DNA of 64,000 bases from Escherichia phage SF. Shown here one piece after another: positions 17,742 through 27,044 of the stretch. The notes below the pieces were generated by a model. The model saw only the letters and a program-made list of their open reading frames with translations, was not told where the DNA came from and searched no databases. Numbering within the stretch: position 1 is the stretch's first letter; the number at the start of each line of letters is the position of its first letter. Both the position numbers and the translations under genes were made by a program. The stretch lies in sequence record MH359124. One strand, 5' to 3'.

Positions 17742-18197
17742 ATGATTACTATTGGTGAAATTAAGCGTGTATCAATTGCATCCCGGTCTAAAGCCGCAGG
17801 TCGTCTGGTTGAAGTTATCGGACTTCGCACAAATGGCATGGGACGTATTAAAGAAGTTAAAGTTCGAATCATTCCTAGTTTTGGACGTCAGGATACTCAG
17901 TACGCTTACGTAAGTCCTAAATTCTTGGAAACTCCTGTGAGCGCTCATTTTGCTTCCACTGAACCTAATGTACAGTTCAAATGGGCCCTTTGCAAAGGCG
18001 TTGAATTCCAGACTGATAAAGAATTTGACTTCATCGATGAATACGGTTATCCAAGCAAAACTGATACTATGTGTGGCTTCATTAGTGACCAATGGGTTGA
18101 AGATGGTGAAAAGTTATACAATATCGTATTCTTAGGTGACTTCCGAGTTGTTAAAGAATCTGAAATCACTCGCTATGTGTCTCCTCGTAAAGCTTAA
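17742..18197 (+). CDS. Hypothetical protein, paralog family member B
   Basis: 151-aa ORF; shares the N-terminal SIASRSKAAGRLVEV motif and C-terminal GFISDQWVEDG..LYNIVF motif with 18207..18626. Confidence 0.6.
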   Translation: MITIGEIKRVSIASRSKAAGRLVEVIGLRTNGMGRIKEVKVRIIPSFGRQDTQYAYVSPKFLETPVSAHFASTEPNVQFKWALCKGVEFQTDKEFDFIDEYGYPSKTDTMCGFISDQWVEDGEKLYNIVFLGDFRVVKESEITRYVSPRKA

Positions 18198-18206
18198 GGA
18201 ATTATT

Positions 18207-18626
18207 ATGAATATTGTAAATCTCTCTACAAGTGATTACGTATATGTATCTGTTGCTTCTCGCTCTAAAGTTGCTGGGAAGTTGGTTGAAGTTCTTTCTG
18301 TAAGTTGTGGACTCTTTAGTCCACATCAAGTTAAAGTTCGTGATGCTGATGGCAACATTGGCTACGTCTCAAGCCAATTCATTGAACCAGAAGAAAAAGC
18401 GTTCAAATGGGGACTATGCAGATCGGTTTCTGTTGAAAAAGACCATGAATTCACTATTGCTGCGGCAACTGATGGAACGCCGTGGAAAACTAAGCAAATC
18501 GCCGGATTTATTAGTGACCGTTGGGTAGAAGATGGTGTTAAGCTTTATAACATCGTTTTCGCTGGACAGTTCATGGTAGTTCCTGAATTCCAAATTAAAA
18601 AATATAGCCCAGCTGCTTTCGCATAA
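18207..18626 (+). CDS. Hypothetical protein, paralog family member C
   Basis: 139-aa ORF, clear paralog of 17742..18197. Confidence 0.6.
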   Translation: MNIVNLSTSDYVYVSVASRSKVAGKLVEVLSVSCGLFSPHQVKVRDADGNIGYVSSQFIEPEEKAFKWGLCRSVSVEKDHEFTIAAATDGTPWKTKQIAGFISDRWVEDGVKLYNIVFAGQFMVVPEFQIKKYSPAAFA

Positions 18627-18630
18627 AGTT

Positions 18631-18659
18631 GTTTACTTCTCCTCTGGTTTTGATATTAT
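18631..18659 (+). promoter_or_regulatory. Early promoter (PeSL-like)
   Basis: GTTTAC, 17 nt, TATTAT flanked by IR CCTCTGGTT/AACCAGAGG; drives ORF 18686. Confidence 0.65.
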
Positions 18660-18685
18660 AACCATATCAACCAGAGGAGAATAAT

Positions 18686-19210
18686 ATGTTAGTTTACCGC
18701 GTAGAACGTAGTTTTTGTACTCAACGTGAATCATTACCAGGAATTGCTATCGAAGACGGTAAAGCCGTCAGAATTTGGGAAACCTCTTGGAATAAAGAAC
18801 CTCGTTCGCCATACGGTTGGTCGGGCACCGACAACTCTGAAGAAACATGGGAGTTCCTTGATAAGCATGGAATACTCTCAGGTAACTTCTACCATCATGG
18901 CGACAACTACAATGTCTCTAATCGTCCTACAGTAAATGAAGACAAACTCCTTGAACAAAATATCTTAAGATACTATAGAATTGAGCACACATTTGAATTG
19001 AGTGAAGATTGGGCTCAAGGGTTCTATTTTGGATTTGAAAGTGTTGACGCGGTTTATGCATGGTTTGATGACCAGGTGGATGTTGAACTCTTGAAAGCTA
19101 AAGGATACTACATAGCGGTCTATGAAGCACCTGATTTCATCCTCGGAAGTTGTCAATTAATGTTTAGACGTTCATTGGCAGAACAAGTTGATTTTATTTT
19201 GCTAAAATGA
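18686..19210 (+). CDS. Hypothetical protein
   Basis: 174-aa ORF with own promoter and AGAGGAG SD. Confidence 0.6.
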   Translation: MLVYRVERSFCTQRESLPGIAIEDGKAVRIWETSWNKEPRSPYGWSGTDNSEETWEFLDKHGILSGNFYHHGDNYNVSNRPTVNEDKLLEQNILRYYRIEHTFELSEDWAQGFYFGFESVDAVYAWFDDQVDVELLKAKGYYIAVYEAPDFILGSCQLMFRRSLAEQVDFILLK

Positions 19211-19240
19211 TGTACAACAACTATGGTCTATGATACTATA
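19210..19240 (+). promoter_or_regulatory. Early promoter candidate (PeSL-like)
   Basis: ATGTAC and TGATACTATAGACC inside IR GGTCTAT..ATAGACC; spacing non-ideal; drives ORF 19268. Confidence 0.4.
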
Positions 19241-19267
19241 GACCTATCAAAACAAGAGGAGAATATT

Positions 19268-19495
19268 ATGAAACGTCAAATCATTAAAAACGTAACTACT
19301 GATTCAAACATCGATGAGTTTGAAGATGTTCTGTTTAATCCTGATTTAGTTGTTGTACAGAAAAACTGGACCGAATTTTTATGCTACACTGAAGTGGTTT
19401 ACGTTTACGAAAAACTCGGCGATGAAATGCCTATCTATGGTATCTTCCGTGAAATCACTGAAAATGGTACAACTTATTGGAAGGAAACTTACTAA
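19268..19495 (+). CDS. Hypothetical protein
   Basis: In-frame ATG of ORF 19223..19495 after AGAGGAG. Confidence 0.5.
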   Translation: MKRQIIKNVTTDSNIDEFEDVLFNPDLVVVQKNWTEFLCYTEVVYVYEKLGDEMPIYGIFREITENGTTYWKETY

Positions 19496-19905
19496 TGGCT
19501 AATAAATTCCGCGTTAACTCATGGTACCAATTTATAGATAAACGTGCCCAAGAAGAGTTTATTAAAGACCACACTGATAATGGGATTTATGCACGACGTC
19601 TTGGCATGGAACCATTTAAAGTATTAGATGTTGACCATCTTGGACGTCCTACTAAAATTGTGACATCTACTGGCACGGTTGGATACGCAACAGGCGGTGA
19701 TATCCTTGATGAAAACTTTATCTGGCTCTCCACGAATGAATCAGAGTTCTTTGACGAAGTTGAAAATCCATATCAAGCGTCCGAAGAGCAAGATTCTGGT
19801 AAACTTGACGAATTGTCTGAATTTCCAGTGATGACGATTACTATCGAAAATAACGACCAGGCATGGTCTTTGTATCAAATGTTGAAAGCACATTTTAAGG
19901 AATAA
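19495..19905 (+). CDS. Hypothetical acidic protein
   Basis: In-frame ATG (TAATG overlap) of ORF 19477..19905. Confidence 0.5.
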   Translation: MANKFRVNSWYQFIDKRAQEEFIKDHTDNGIYARRLGMEPFKVLDVDHLGRPTKIVTSTGTVGYATGGDILDENFIWLSTNESEFFDEVENPYQASEEQDSGKLDELSEFPVMTITIENNDQAWSLYQMLKAHFKE

Positions 19906-19907
19906 TA

Positions 19908-20087
19908 ATGCCATTATACGACTATAAATGTCAATCTGAAGATTGTGGCCATGAATATGAAAAAATTAAAAGAATTTCTGAACGAGAAAACGATGTTTGC
20001 CCTGAATGTCATCGTTTGTCTACTCGTCGGGTTTCTGCTCCTAAACATGTGAACGGTGGTTTTTACGACTTACTTAAGAAGGGATAA
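19908..20087 (+). CDS. Small zinc-ribbon protein (CxxC...CxxC)
   Basis: 59-aa ORF below the track cutoff; two CxxC pairs (CQSEDC, CPEC). Confidence 0.5.
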   Translation: MPLYDYKCQSEDCGHEYEKIKRISERENDVCPECHRLSTRRVSAPKHVNGGFYDLLKKG

Positions 20088-20089
20088 TT

Positions 20090-20515
20090 ATGGCTTTTAA
20101 AGGTTTTGAAGTTGGTAAGAAATATCGTATTATCAAAGGACAGGAAGATAATTTCTTGAGAATTCTTAATACGACTGGTAAACGTCTTAATACTAATCTG
20201 CATACTACTTTATTGTCCAAAGATTTTATTGTGGAAGAGATGATTGGTTACGGCGTTTCGGTTATTGCCGTAGAAGCCGTAGGCGATTATGGCCGAACTA
20301 TTCATAGTATGCAAGGTGATATTCTGCTTTATGGTGCAGAATTTAAATTCTTTGAAGAAGTTCCGGAACCAGATACATCTGTCGATTTCAAAAAAGGCTC
20401 TGTAGAATTTGTTGACGGTTCGGTGATCGTATCAGGTGATGTGGTCATTACAGTTAAAAGTGAACAAGGGCGTTTGGCTGCAATTGATGCACTTCAGAAA
20501 ATTAAATTTAAATAA
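20090..20515 (+). CDS. Hypothetical protein
   Basis: 141-aa ORF followed by a terminator. Confidence 0.6.
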   Translation: MAFKGFEVGKKYRIIKGQEDNFLRILNTTGKRLNTNLHTTLLSKDFIVEEMIGYGVSVIAVEAVGDYGRTIHSMQGDILLYGAEFKFFEEVPEPDTSVDFKKGSVEFVDGSVIVSGDVVITVKSEQGRLAAIDALQKIKFK

Positions 20516-20532
20516 GGGCTTCGGCCCTTTTT
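20514..20532 (+). terminator. Rho-independent terminator upstream of gene 39
   Basis: AAGGGC-TTCG-GCCCTT then TTT. Confidence 0.6.
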
Positions 20533-20556
20533 GCTTTAGATTTCGGATGATAGAAT
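20532..20556 (+). promoter_or_regulatory. Middle promoter for gene 39
   Basis: TTGCTTTA MotA box, 12-nt spacer, -10 TAGAAT. Confidence 0.55.
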
Positions 20557-20578
20557 ACCTTCATAACGAGGAGACGAC

Positions 20579-22396
20579 ATGATTAAAAATGAAATTAAGG
20601 TATTGTCAGACGTAGAACATATTAAGAAACGTAGTGGCATGTATATTGGTTCTTCGGCCAAAGAAGCCCATGAGCGTTTTTTGTTTGGTAAATATCAACA
20701 AGTTGAATATGTTCCTGGTCTGGTTAAATTAATCGATGAGATTATTGACAACTCGGTTGATGAAGCTATTCGTACATCATTTAAGTTTGCAAATAAAATT
20801 GATGTGCAAATTAAAAATAATCAAGTTTCGGTGGAAGATAACGGACGTGGTATTCCTCAAGGTTTAGTTACTGACCAAACAGGTGAACAAATTCCTGGGC
20901 CTGTAGCAGCCTGGACTATTCCAAAGGCTGGCGGTAACTTTGGTGATGACTCTGAACGTAAGACCGGTGGTATGAACGGCGTCGGGAGTAGTTTAACTAA
21001 TATCTTCTCTACGTTGTTTACAGGCATCACGTCAGATGGCGAAAATGAAATCACTGTTAACTGTTCAAACGGAATGGAAAACAAATCATGGTCTTCTAAG
21101 AAATCTAAAGGTAAAGGCACTAAAGTAATCTTCACTCCTGATTTCTCTTCATTTGAAGAGCATAATTTATCTCAAATTTATTTAGATATTACTTTAGACC
21201 GACTTCAAACATTGGCAGTCGTTTATCCTGATATCAAGTTCACATTTAATGGTAAAAAGGTTGATGGTAATTTTAAACGATTTGCTAAACAATTTGGCGA
21301 AGATAACATCATTCAAGAAAATGATAAAGTCTCTATAGCATTCACAACATCACCAGATGGCTTCCGTCATTTAACTTATGTGAATAACATCCATACTAAA
21401 AATGGCGGTCATCACGTTGAATGTGTAATGGATGATATCTGCGAACATCTTTTGCCTGGTATTAAAAAGAAATATAAGGGTATTGAAGTCACTAAAGCTC
21501 GTGTTAAAGAATGTCTCACAATGTTGATGTTTATTAGAGACATGAGCAACATGCGTTTTGATTCTCAGACTAAAGAACGTTTAACGTCAACGTATGGCGA
21601 TATTCGTAATCATATCCAATTAGATACTAAGAAAATTGCTCAGGCACTTCTTAAAAACGAAGCCTTGATTATGCCTATTGTTGAAGCAGCATTAGCTCGT
21701 AAATTGGCAGCAGAAAAAGCTGCAGAAACTAAAGCAGCTAAAAAGGCAACTAAAGCTAAGGTTCATAAGCATATTAAAGCTAACCAATGTGGTAAAGATG
21801 CAGATACGACATTGTTTTTAACAGAAGGTGATTCTGCAATTGGTTATCTCATTGATGTTCGTGACCGTGAACTACACGGCGGATTTCCATTACGTGGTAA
21901 GGTGATGAATAGCTGGGGTATGTCATATGCTGATATGATGAAGAACAAAGAGCTCTTTGATATCTGTGCTATCACAGGTCTTATTCTTGGTGAAAAGGCA
22001 GAGAATACGAACTATCGTAATATTGCAATTATGACCGATGCCGATCATGACGGTCTTGGAAGTATTTATCCGGCTTTGCTTGCTTTCTTTAGTAATTGGC
22101 CTGAATTGTTTGAACAAGGACGTATTCGCTTTGTTAAAACGCCTGTAATTATTGCACAAATTGGCAAAACTCAAAAATGGTTTTATACTGTAACTGAGTA
22201 TGAAGAAGCTAAAGATACACTGCCTAAGCATAGTATTCGATACATCAAAGGATTGGGCTCCCTTGAAAAGTCAGAATATCGTGAAATGATTCAGAACCCT
22301 GTGTACGACGTAGTTAAACTTCCTGAAAATTGGAAAGAACTCTTTGAAATGTTGTTGGGTGATGATTCAGAACTTCGTAAAGAATGGATGTCCTAA
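20579..22396 (+). CDS. 39: DNA topoisomerase II large subunit, fused gp39+gp60 equivalent (GyrB-like)
   Basis: 605-aa ORF; GHKL ATPase N-terminus and Toprim C-terminus in one reading frame (T4 splits this into 39 and 60). Confidence 0.9.
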   Translation: MIKNEIKVLSDVEHIKKRSGMYIGSSAKEAHERFLFGKYQQVEYVPGLVKLIDEIIDNSVDEAIRTSFKFANKIDVQIKNNQVSVEDNGRGIPQGLVTDQTGEQIPGPVAAWTIPKAGGNFGDDSERKTGGMNGVGSSLTNIFSTLFTGITSDGENEITVNCSNGMENKSWSSKKSKGKGTKVIFTPDFSSFEEHNLSQIYLDITLDRLQTLAVVYPDIKFTFNGKKVDGNFKRFAKQFGEDNIIQENDKVSIAFTTSPDGFRHLTYVNNIHTKNGGHHVECVMDDICEHLLPGIKKKYKGIEVTKARVKECLTMLMFIRDMSNMRFDSQTKERLTSTYGDIRNHIQLDTKKIAQALLKNEALIMPIVEAALARKLAAEKAAETKAAKKATKAKVHKHIKANQCGKDADTTLFLTEGDSAIGYLIDVRDRELHGGFPLRGKVMNSWGMSYADMMKNKELFDICAITGLILGEKAENTNYRNIAIMTDADHDGLGSIYPALLAFFSNWPELFEQGRIRFVKTPVIIAQIGKTQKWFYTVTEYEEAKDTLPKHSIRYIKGLGSLEKSEYREMIQNPVYDVVKLPENWKELFEMLLGDDSELRKEWMS

Positions 22397-22418
22397 GCTC
22401 CTTCGGGAGCTTCATTTT
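22395..22418 (+). terminator. Rho-independent terminator after gene 39
   Basis: AAGCTCC-TTCG-GGAGCTT then CATTTT. Confidence 0.6.
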
Positions 22419-22438
22419 AATTTTAATAAGGCTTAATT

Positions 22439-23539
22439 ATGAAAGTTATGTTTATCCCATCTCGTGCAGTCCCATTTAATCCTGACCGTGTACAAGGTGG
22501 TCTTGAAGCAGTACATTTAAATGTGCTGAAATATTTAGTTTCTATTGGTGCCGATATTGATTATATCGGTTTTGATAATGACACGTTTGGTGACTGGAAA
22601 GTTACACACCACCCTGTTGGACATCTGACTAAATTCAGTCTAGGTATGAGTTATACTATGGCTCGTAAGATTGTTGAACTAGCCGGCATCCATGAATACG
22701 ATTTTGTTGTTACTATGGAACCGACTAAACTAACCGTTCAGGCAATTAAAGACGCAGGTCTCTCTAAAGTTCATAAGAATTTTATGGCAACACCATTTGA
22801 ACCTGTATCTCGTGGCATTGTTCAAATTTGGGACCAGACTATTCAAATTCATAAGAATGGTGGTAAGAGTTATGCTCCTACTAAAGCCTTCCGTGAATTT
22901 GAACGCAAATATTGTTATATGACTTCAGGTCTGACTGACAAAATTGATTATGATTATTGGCGAGCAAATCCGTTGTTTGAAGCCGAAGATTATCCGGTTA
23001 TTTGTTTGAATGAGAAACCTGAAGTTCTTCCTGCGACTGATCTGATTATTAGTGCACAACGTTATGACACTAAAATGCGTCGTACTGATGTTGCTCTTGA
23101 AGCGATTAAAGCACTAGGCGAAAATGGTGTAGGATACTGTCCAAGCAAATGGGCACCACCAGCTAAATATCCTGTTATTATTGATGCTCCACACAGTGAA
23201 ATCATGGAACGTCTTAAAACAGCTAAAGCACTTATTAATACGTGTCCTGACACAGGTACGGTAGAGAATAGTTCTATTGAAGCCATCTCTAAAGGTGTCC
23301 CTGTAATCCAGTTAGTTTTTAAGGATTATCCTCATGCGACATTCGAATACGACCCAGATACTGTGCGTGTAGAAATTGATTCCTCTACTCCTAAGAAAGA
23401 AGTAGTTGCGCTTTACACAAAAGCTGTATTAGAATTCACTGACACATACGAAGCTCGAGTTAAACGTGCTGAAGCAGTATGGAAGAAGTATAACCGAGAT
23501 GCAGTTGTTGCGATGTGGGATAAAATCTTCACAGCGTAA
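22439..23539 (+). CDS. GT-B-fold glycosyltransferase-like protein, candidate DNA sugar transferase
   Basis: 366-aa ORF; C-terminal ENSSIEAISKGVPVIQ resembles the GT4/GT-B donor-binding motif; sits where T4 has 60/mobA/rIIA.1. Confidence 0.55.
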   Translation: MKVMFIPSRAVPFNPDRVQGGLEAVHLNVLKYLVSIGADIDYIGFDNDTFGDWKVTHHPVGHLTKFSLGMSYTMARKIVELAGIHEYDFVVTMEPTKLTVQAIKDAGLSKVHKNFMATPFEPVSRGIVQIWDQTIQIHKNGGKSYAPTKAFREFERKYCYMTSGLTDKIDYDYWRANPLFEAEDYPVICLNEKPEVLPATDLIISAQRYDTKMRRTDVALEAIKALGENGVGYCPSKWAPPAKYPVIIDAPHSEIMERLKTAKALINTCPDTGTVENSSIEAISKGVPVIQLVFKDYPHATFEYDPDTVRVEIDSSTPKKEVVALYTKAVLEFTDTYEARVKRAEAVWKKYNRDAVVAMWDKIFTA

Positions 23540-23555
23540 ATCCTGAATAGCCTGA

Positions 23556-23606
23556 GGCACTATTACACATAAGATGATAGATTATATGGTCTTTAGTAAT
23601 AGTGCC
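23556..23606 (+). other. Perfect 11-bp inverted repeat with 29-nt loop
   Basis: GGCACTATTAC (23556..23566) and GTAATAGTGCC (23596..23606); loop contains GATAGATTATAT. Confidence 0.6.
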
Positions 23607-23631
23607 CTAGGAATCTACTGAAGAGAATATT

Positions 23632-23832
23632 ATGAGAACATATAACGTGGACTTGGAACTTTTTGATAAAGCTGTGCTCCGGGAATTCCGGCTTATCCAA
23701 AGGTTTTTTGATATCGAGTCAGCTGAAGCCTTTAAAGAACGCTTTAAGGAAATTCGATATAAAATACAAACCGATACAGCTACTAAAGAAGAACTTCTTG
23801 AAGTAGCAGAAATTTTTAAACGTAACTTGTGA
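23632..23832 (+). CDS. rIIA.1-like small protein
   Basis: 66-aa ORF immediately upstream of rIIA. Confidence 0.5.
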   Translation: MRTYNVDLELFDKAVLREFRLIQRFFDIESAEAFKERFKEIRYKIQTDTATKEELLEVAEIFKRNL

Positions 23833-23844
23833 TGAGAGAAAAAT

Positions 23845-26058
23845 ATGATTATTGAAACGGCTAAAGAAACGATTATCGGTTCAGGCGGTAAGAGCACAGC
23901 ATTTACTATTCAAGGCAATAGCAAAGTTTATAAGATTTTGTCTAATGACCTTTATACAAACAAAGAATTGGCTTGTGTACGTGAATTAATCACAAACTGT
24001 ATTGATGGACAAATTCTTAATGGTTGCACTGATAAGTTTATTGTTCAGGCTCCAGGTCGTTTAGACCCACGTTTTGTAGTTCGAGACTTTGGTCCTGGTA
24101 TGAGTGATTTCACCATTCGAGGTAATGACGAAGAGCCAGGAATCTATAACTCATATTTTGCTTCAACTAAAACATCGAGTAACGATTTCATTGGTGGATT
24201 CGGACTCGGTTCTAAAGCTCCACTAGCATATACTGATACGTTTAACATTACTTCTTATCATAATGGTGAAGTTCGTGGTTACGTAATCTACCAAGATGAC
24301 ACGGGTCCACAAATTAAGCCAACATTTGTAGATAAGATGGGTCCTGATGACAGGACCGGCGTTGAAGTAGTTGTGCCTGTTAACCCAGAAGATTTTGAAA
24401 AGTTCGCATCCGAAATTGCTTATGTTATGCGTCCTCTCGGCGATATTGCAGAAGTTCGTGGTGTTAAAGATATCAAATACTTCCCAGAATTTGATGATGT
24501 TTATTTAGCCAAGGAAGCTCCATGGGGTGAACGTGGTAATATCATGGCTGTTTATGGTGGTATTGTATATCCAATCGGAAGTGTTATTAAAGAACAAACA
24601 TGGATGATGACGCGATGCACTACAGCTTATATTAAATTCCCTATGGGTGAACTAGATGTAGCCCCGTCTCGTGAAGCATTGTCATTTGATAAACGTACAG
24701 TAGCAAATATCCATAAACGCGTTGCAGAAATCGATGCAAAATTATTTGCTGAAGATTCTAAGAAATGGATTGATTGTGAATATCCACGTCATGTATTCCG
24801 TGAAATCGATTCTCTTGGTTACTCTGCTCGTAAATACATGGAAAAAGCTGGTTCTAATATTGAATCACTGAAATATTCTAAAGAACAGCTAACTTATTCT
24901 GAGTTGTACAAACGTTTTAAAATGGGACCTGAATGGTGCAACCTTGGCGTTGTATATGATATCGTTTCAGACCCACGGCTTCGTCGTATTCGTGAAAGCG
25001 GAAGCTCGTCTTCAACTATTTCAATTAATAGCCTGCTAGGTATTAGTCGTAAGCATATTGATATTGTTATTGACGATGTGAAAGGCCGCGTACCAATGAT
25101 GCGTGCTCTGAACGATGCTTTGACTTCCACCGATGCATCAACACTCGTTGATAAGGTTCCTTCCGGATGGGGTAGTAGCGTATTATTCATTAACCCAGAA
25201 GACGAAGTTGCAATGAAACTTCTGGAACGATTAAAGGTTATTTTCGCTGGTGATAGCCTTAAATTTTATAAGACCTCCGAAATTCTTGCATTGGTTAAAC
25301 CGTGGATTGAAGTTAAAGAACGTTCATCACAGCCTCGTCCTAAATCACCGAGTGCTCATCGGTTCTTTAAGAATGAAAACGATGTTTGGGTATCAGAAGA
25401 TCTCTTTATTCCGGCCGGTAAAGCTGATGAGATTCAAGGTTATGTTGTAATTCGTAATCGTTCTAACGCTGAATGTCTTGACGCAGATAAAGGTTGGTTG
25501 AACTATGATTCTAGTTTCTTGACTCGTATTGCCGATTTGTCAGGTATTAAAGAGTTCACTGTAGTTCGCCCACAGATTGCTAAGAAAGTTCGTAAACTTG
25601 GTGAAGTAGAATGCTTGTTCGAAAAATCAATTAATGACTATATTATGCTAATCGATAAAGTAGATTATGATGAGTATGTATCACCAAGTCGTAGAGCACA
25701 GCCTTATTTGAATCATATTACTCGTAATGAAGAGCTTAACTTCCTCAGTAAGTATTTTAGCTCTAAGAACAAAGAAATCAGTAAAGATTTTGCAAAACTT
25801 TCAACAGTAAATAATCGTTGGGGATGGAATCGATTCGCAGGTGCTGATAACAGAGACCTGAACAGGAAGTTAGAATTGTGTGCTAAAATTTTCGATAAGC
25901 TTAAAGATAATGCTTACGATAATGATGATAAAATGGTTATTGAATTTGAAACCAATTATCATATTGTGTCAGAATACATGGGACGACGTGGTACTCTTTC
26001 TAAAGAACAGGTCGCTCAAATCGTTAAATTCATGAAGGCCGTGGAAGCGGCCAAATAA
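23845..26058 (+). CDS. rIIA: rIIA lysis inhibition / membrane integrity protein
   Basis: 737-aa ORF; size and ATPase-like N-terminus consistent with T4 rIIA; synteny with rIIB. Confidence 0.9.
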   Translation: MIIETAKETIIGSGGKSTAFTIQGNSKVYKILSNDLYTNKELACVRELITNCIDGQILNGCTDKFIVQAPGRLDPRFVVRDFGPGMSDFTIRGNDEEPGIYNSYFASTKTSSNDFIGGFGLGSKAPLAYTDTFNITSYHNGEVRGYVIYQDDTGPQIKPTFVDKMGPDDRTGVEVVVPVNPEDFEKFASEIAYVMRPLGDIAEVRGVKDIKYFPEFDDVYLAKEAPWGERGNIMAVYGGIVYPIGSVIKEQTWMMTRCTTAYIKFPMGELDVAPSREALSFDKRTVANIHKRVAEIDAKLFAEDSKKWIDCEYPRHVFREIDSLGYSARKYMEKAGSNIESLKYSKEQLTYSELYKRFKMGPEWCNLGVVYDIVSDPRLRRIRESGSSSSTISINSLLGISRKHIDIVIDDVKGRVPMMRALNDALTSTDASTLVDKVPSGWGSSVLFINPEDEVAMKLLERLKVIFAGDSLKFYKTSEILALVKPWIEVKERSSQPRPKSPSAHRFFKNENDVWVSEDLFIPAGKADEIQGYVVIRNRSNAECLDADKGWLNYDSSFLTRIADLSGIKEFTVVRPQIAKKVRKLGEVECLFEKSINDYIMLIDKVDYDEYVSPSRRAQPYLNHITRNEELNFLSKYFSSKNKEISKDFAKLSTVNNRWGWNRFAGADNRDLNRKLELCAKIFDKLKDNAYDNDDKMVIEFETNYHIVSEYMGRRGTLSKEQVAQIVKFMKAVEAAK

Positions 26059-26067
26059 GGAAACATT

Positions 26068-27003
26068 ATGTACAATATCAAATGCTTGTCCCAAGAAGAA
26101 CAGTTAGAAGCTTACAACCTGGTCAAATCAGGCAAATGGACCCGTAAAGAAATTGCCGATTACTTCGACATTTCAACAGATACTCTTCGTAAGATTGTTA
26201 AGAATTTTAAAGCTGAAGAGAAAGCAGCTAAATTTGAAGACGAAGAACAGGTCCCAGAAAATAATGAACCTATTATTACAGGTCATCGTCCAGAAATCGT
26301 ATGGAACGCGTCATCTAAATTTATTTCAATCATTGAAGGACGCGTAGCATACAATGCGACCCCATCAAGTCATGCAAATTTTGAAGAAATTAAAGCTAAT
26401 TTGGTCGCAGGAAACCTTAGTAAAGCTGTCGAACTTATTAACATCAAGAAAGCTATTACTAAGTTTGTTGACGGTAATGTTACTATTGAAGGTGGTAGTT
26501 TATTTTATCAAGGTATAGAGATTCGTTCAGGACTGGTTAATCGTATTATTGATTCCATGGAAAAAGGCGAAGACTTTAAATTCTATCTGCCGTTCCTTGA
26601 AAACCTGTTAGAAAACCCAAGCGAAAAAGCTGTACAACGTTTATTCGACTTCTTGGTTGCAAACGATATTGAAATCACTGAAGATGGGCATTTCTATGCG
26701 TGGAAAGTAGTTCGTAAAGACTATTTAGATTGCTATAGCGGTACATTTGATAACTCGCCTGGTAAAGTTGTTTCAATGCCTCGTACTCGTGTTAACGATG
26801 ATGATACTCAAACCTGCTCCCGTGGTCTACATGTTTGTGCTAAATCATATATTCGTTACTTTGGTTCTAGCTCAGATAAAGTTGTTAAGGTTAAAGTTCA
26901 TCCACGTGATGTTGTATCTATCCCAGTTGACTATGGCGATGCTAAGATGCGTACTTGTCGTTATGAAGTAATTTCAGACGTTACTGAATTATTTGCAGAA
27001 TAA
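26068..27003 (+). CDS. rIIB: rIIB protein
   Basis: 311-aa ORF (T4 rIIB 312 aa); synteny; terminator downstream. Confidence 0.9.
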   Translation: MYNIKCLSQEEQLEAYNLVKSGKWTRKEIADYFDISTDTLRKIVKNFKAEEKAAKFEDEEQVPENNEPIITGHRPEIVWNASSKFISIIEGRVAYNATPSSHANFEEIKANLVAGNLSKAVELINIKKAITKFVDGNVTIEGGSLFYQGIEIRSGLVNRIIDSMEKGEDFKFYLPFLENLLENPSEKAVQRLFDFLVANDIEITEDGHFYAWKVVRKDYLDCYSGTFDNSPGKVVSMPRTRVNDDDTQTCSRGLHVCAKSYIRYFGSSSDKVVKVKVHPRDVVSIPVDYGDAKMRTCRYEVISDVTELFAE

Positions 27004-27008
27004 TAATT

Positions 27009-27030
27009 GGGGACTTCGGTCCCCTTTTTT
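27009..27030 (+). terminator. Rho-independent terminator after rIIB
   Basis: GGGGAC-TTCG-GTCCCC then T6. Confidence 0.8.
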
Positions 27031-27044
27031 CTTTAGGGGTAATT

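Noticed and set aside
20579-22396. Looked for the gene-60 translational bypass (50-nt hop) element
   Set aside because: The topoisomerase large subunit is one uninterrupted 605-aa ORF, so no bypass or split is present here.
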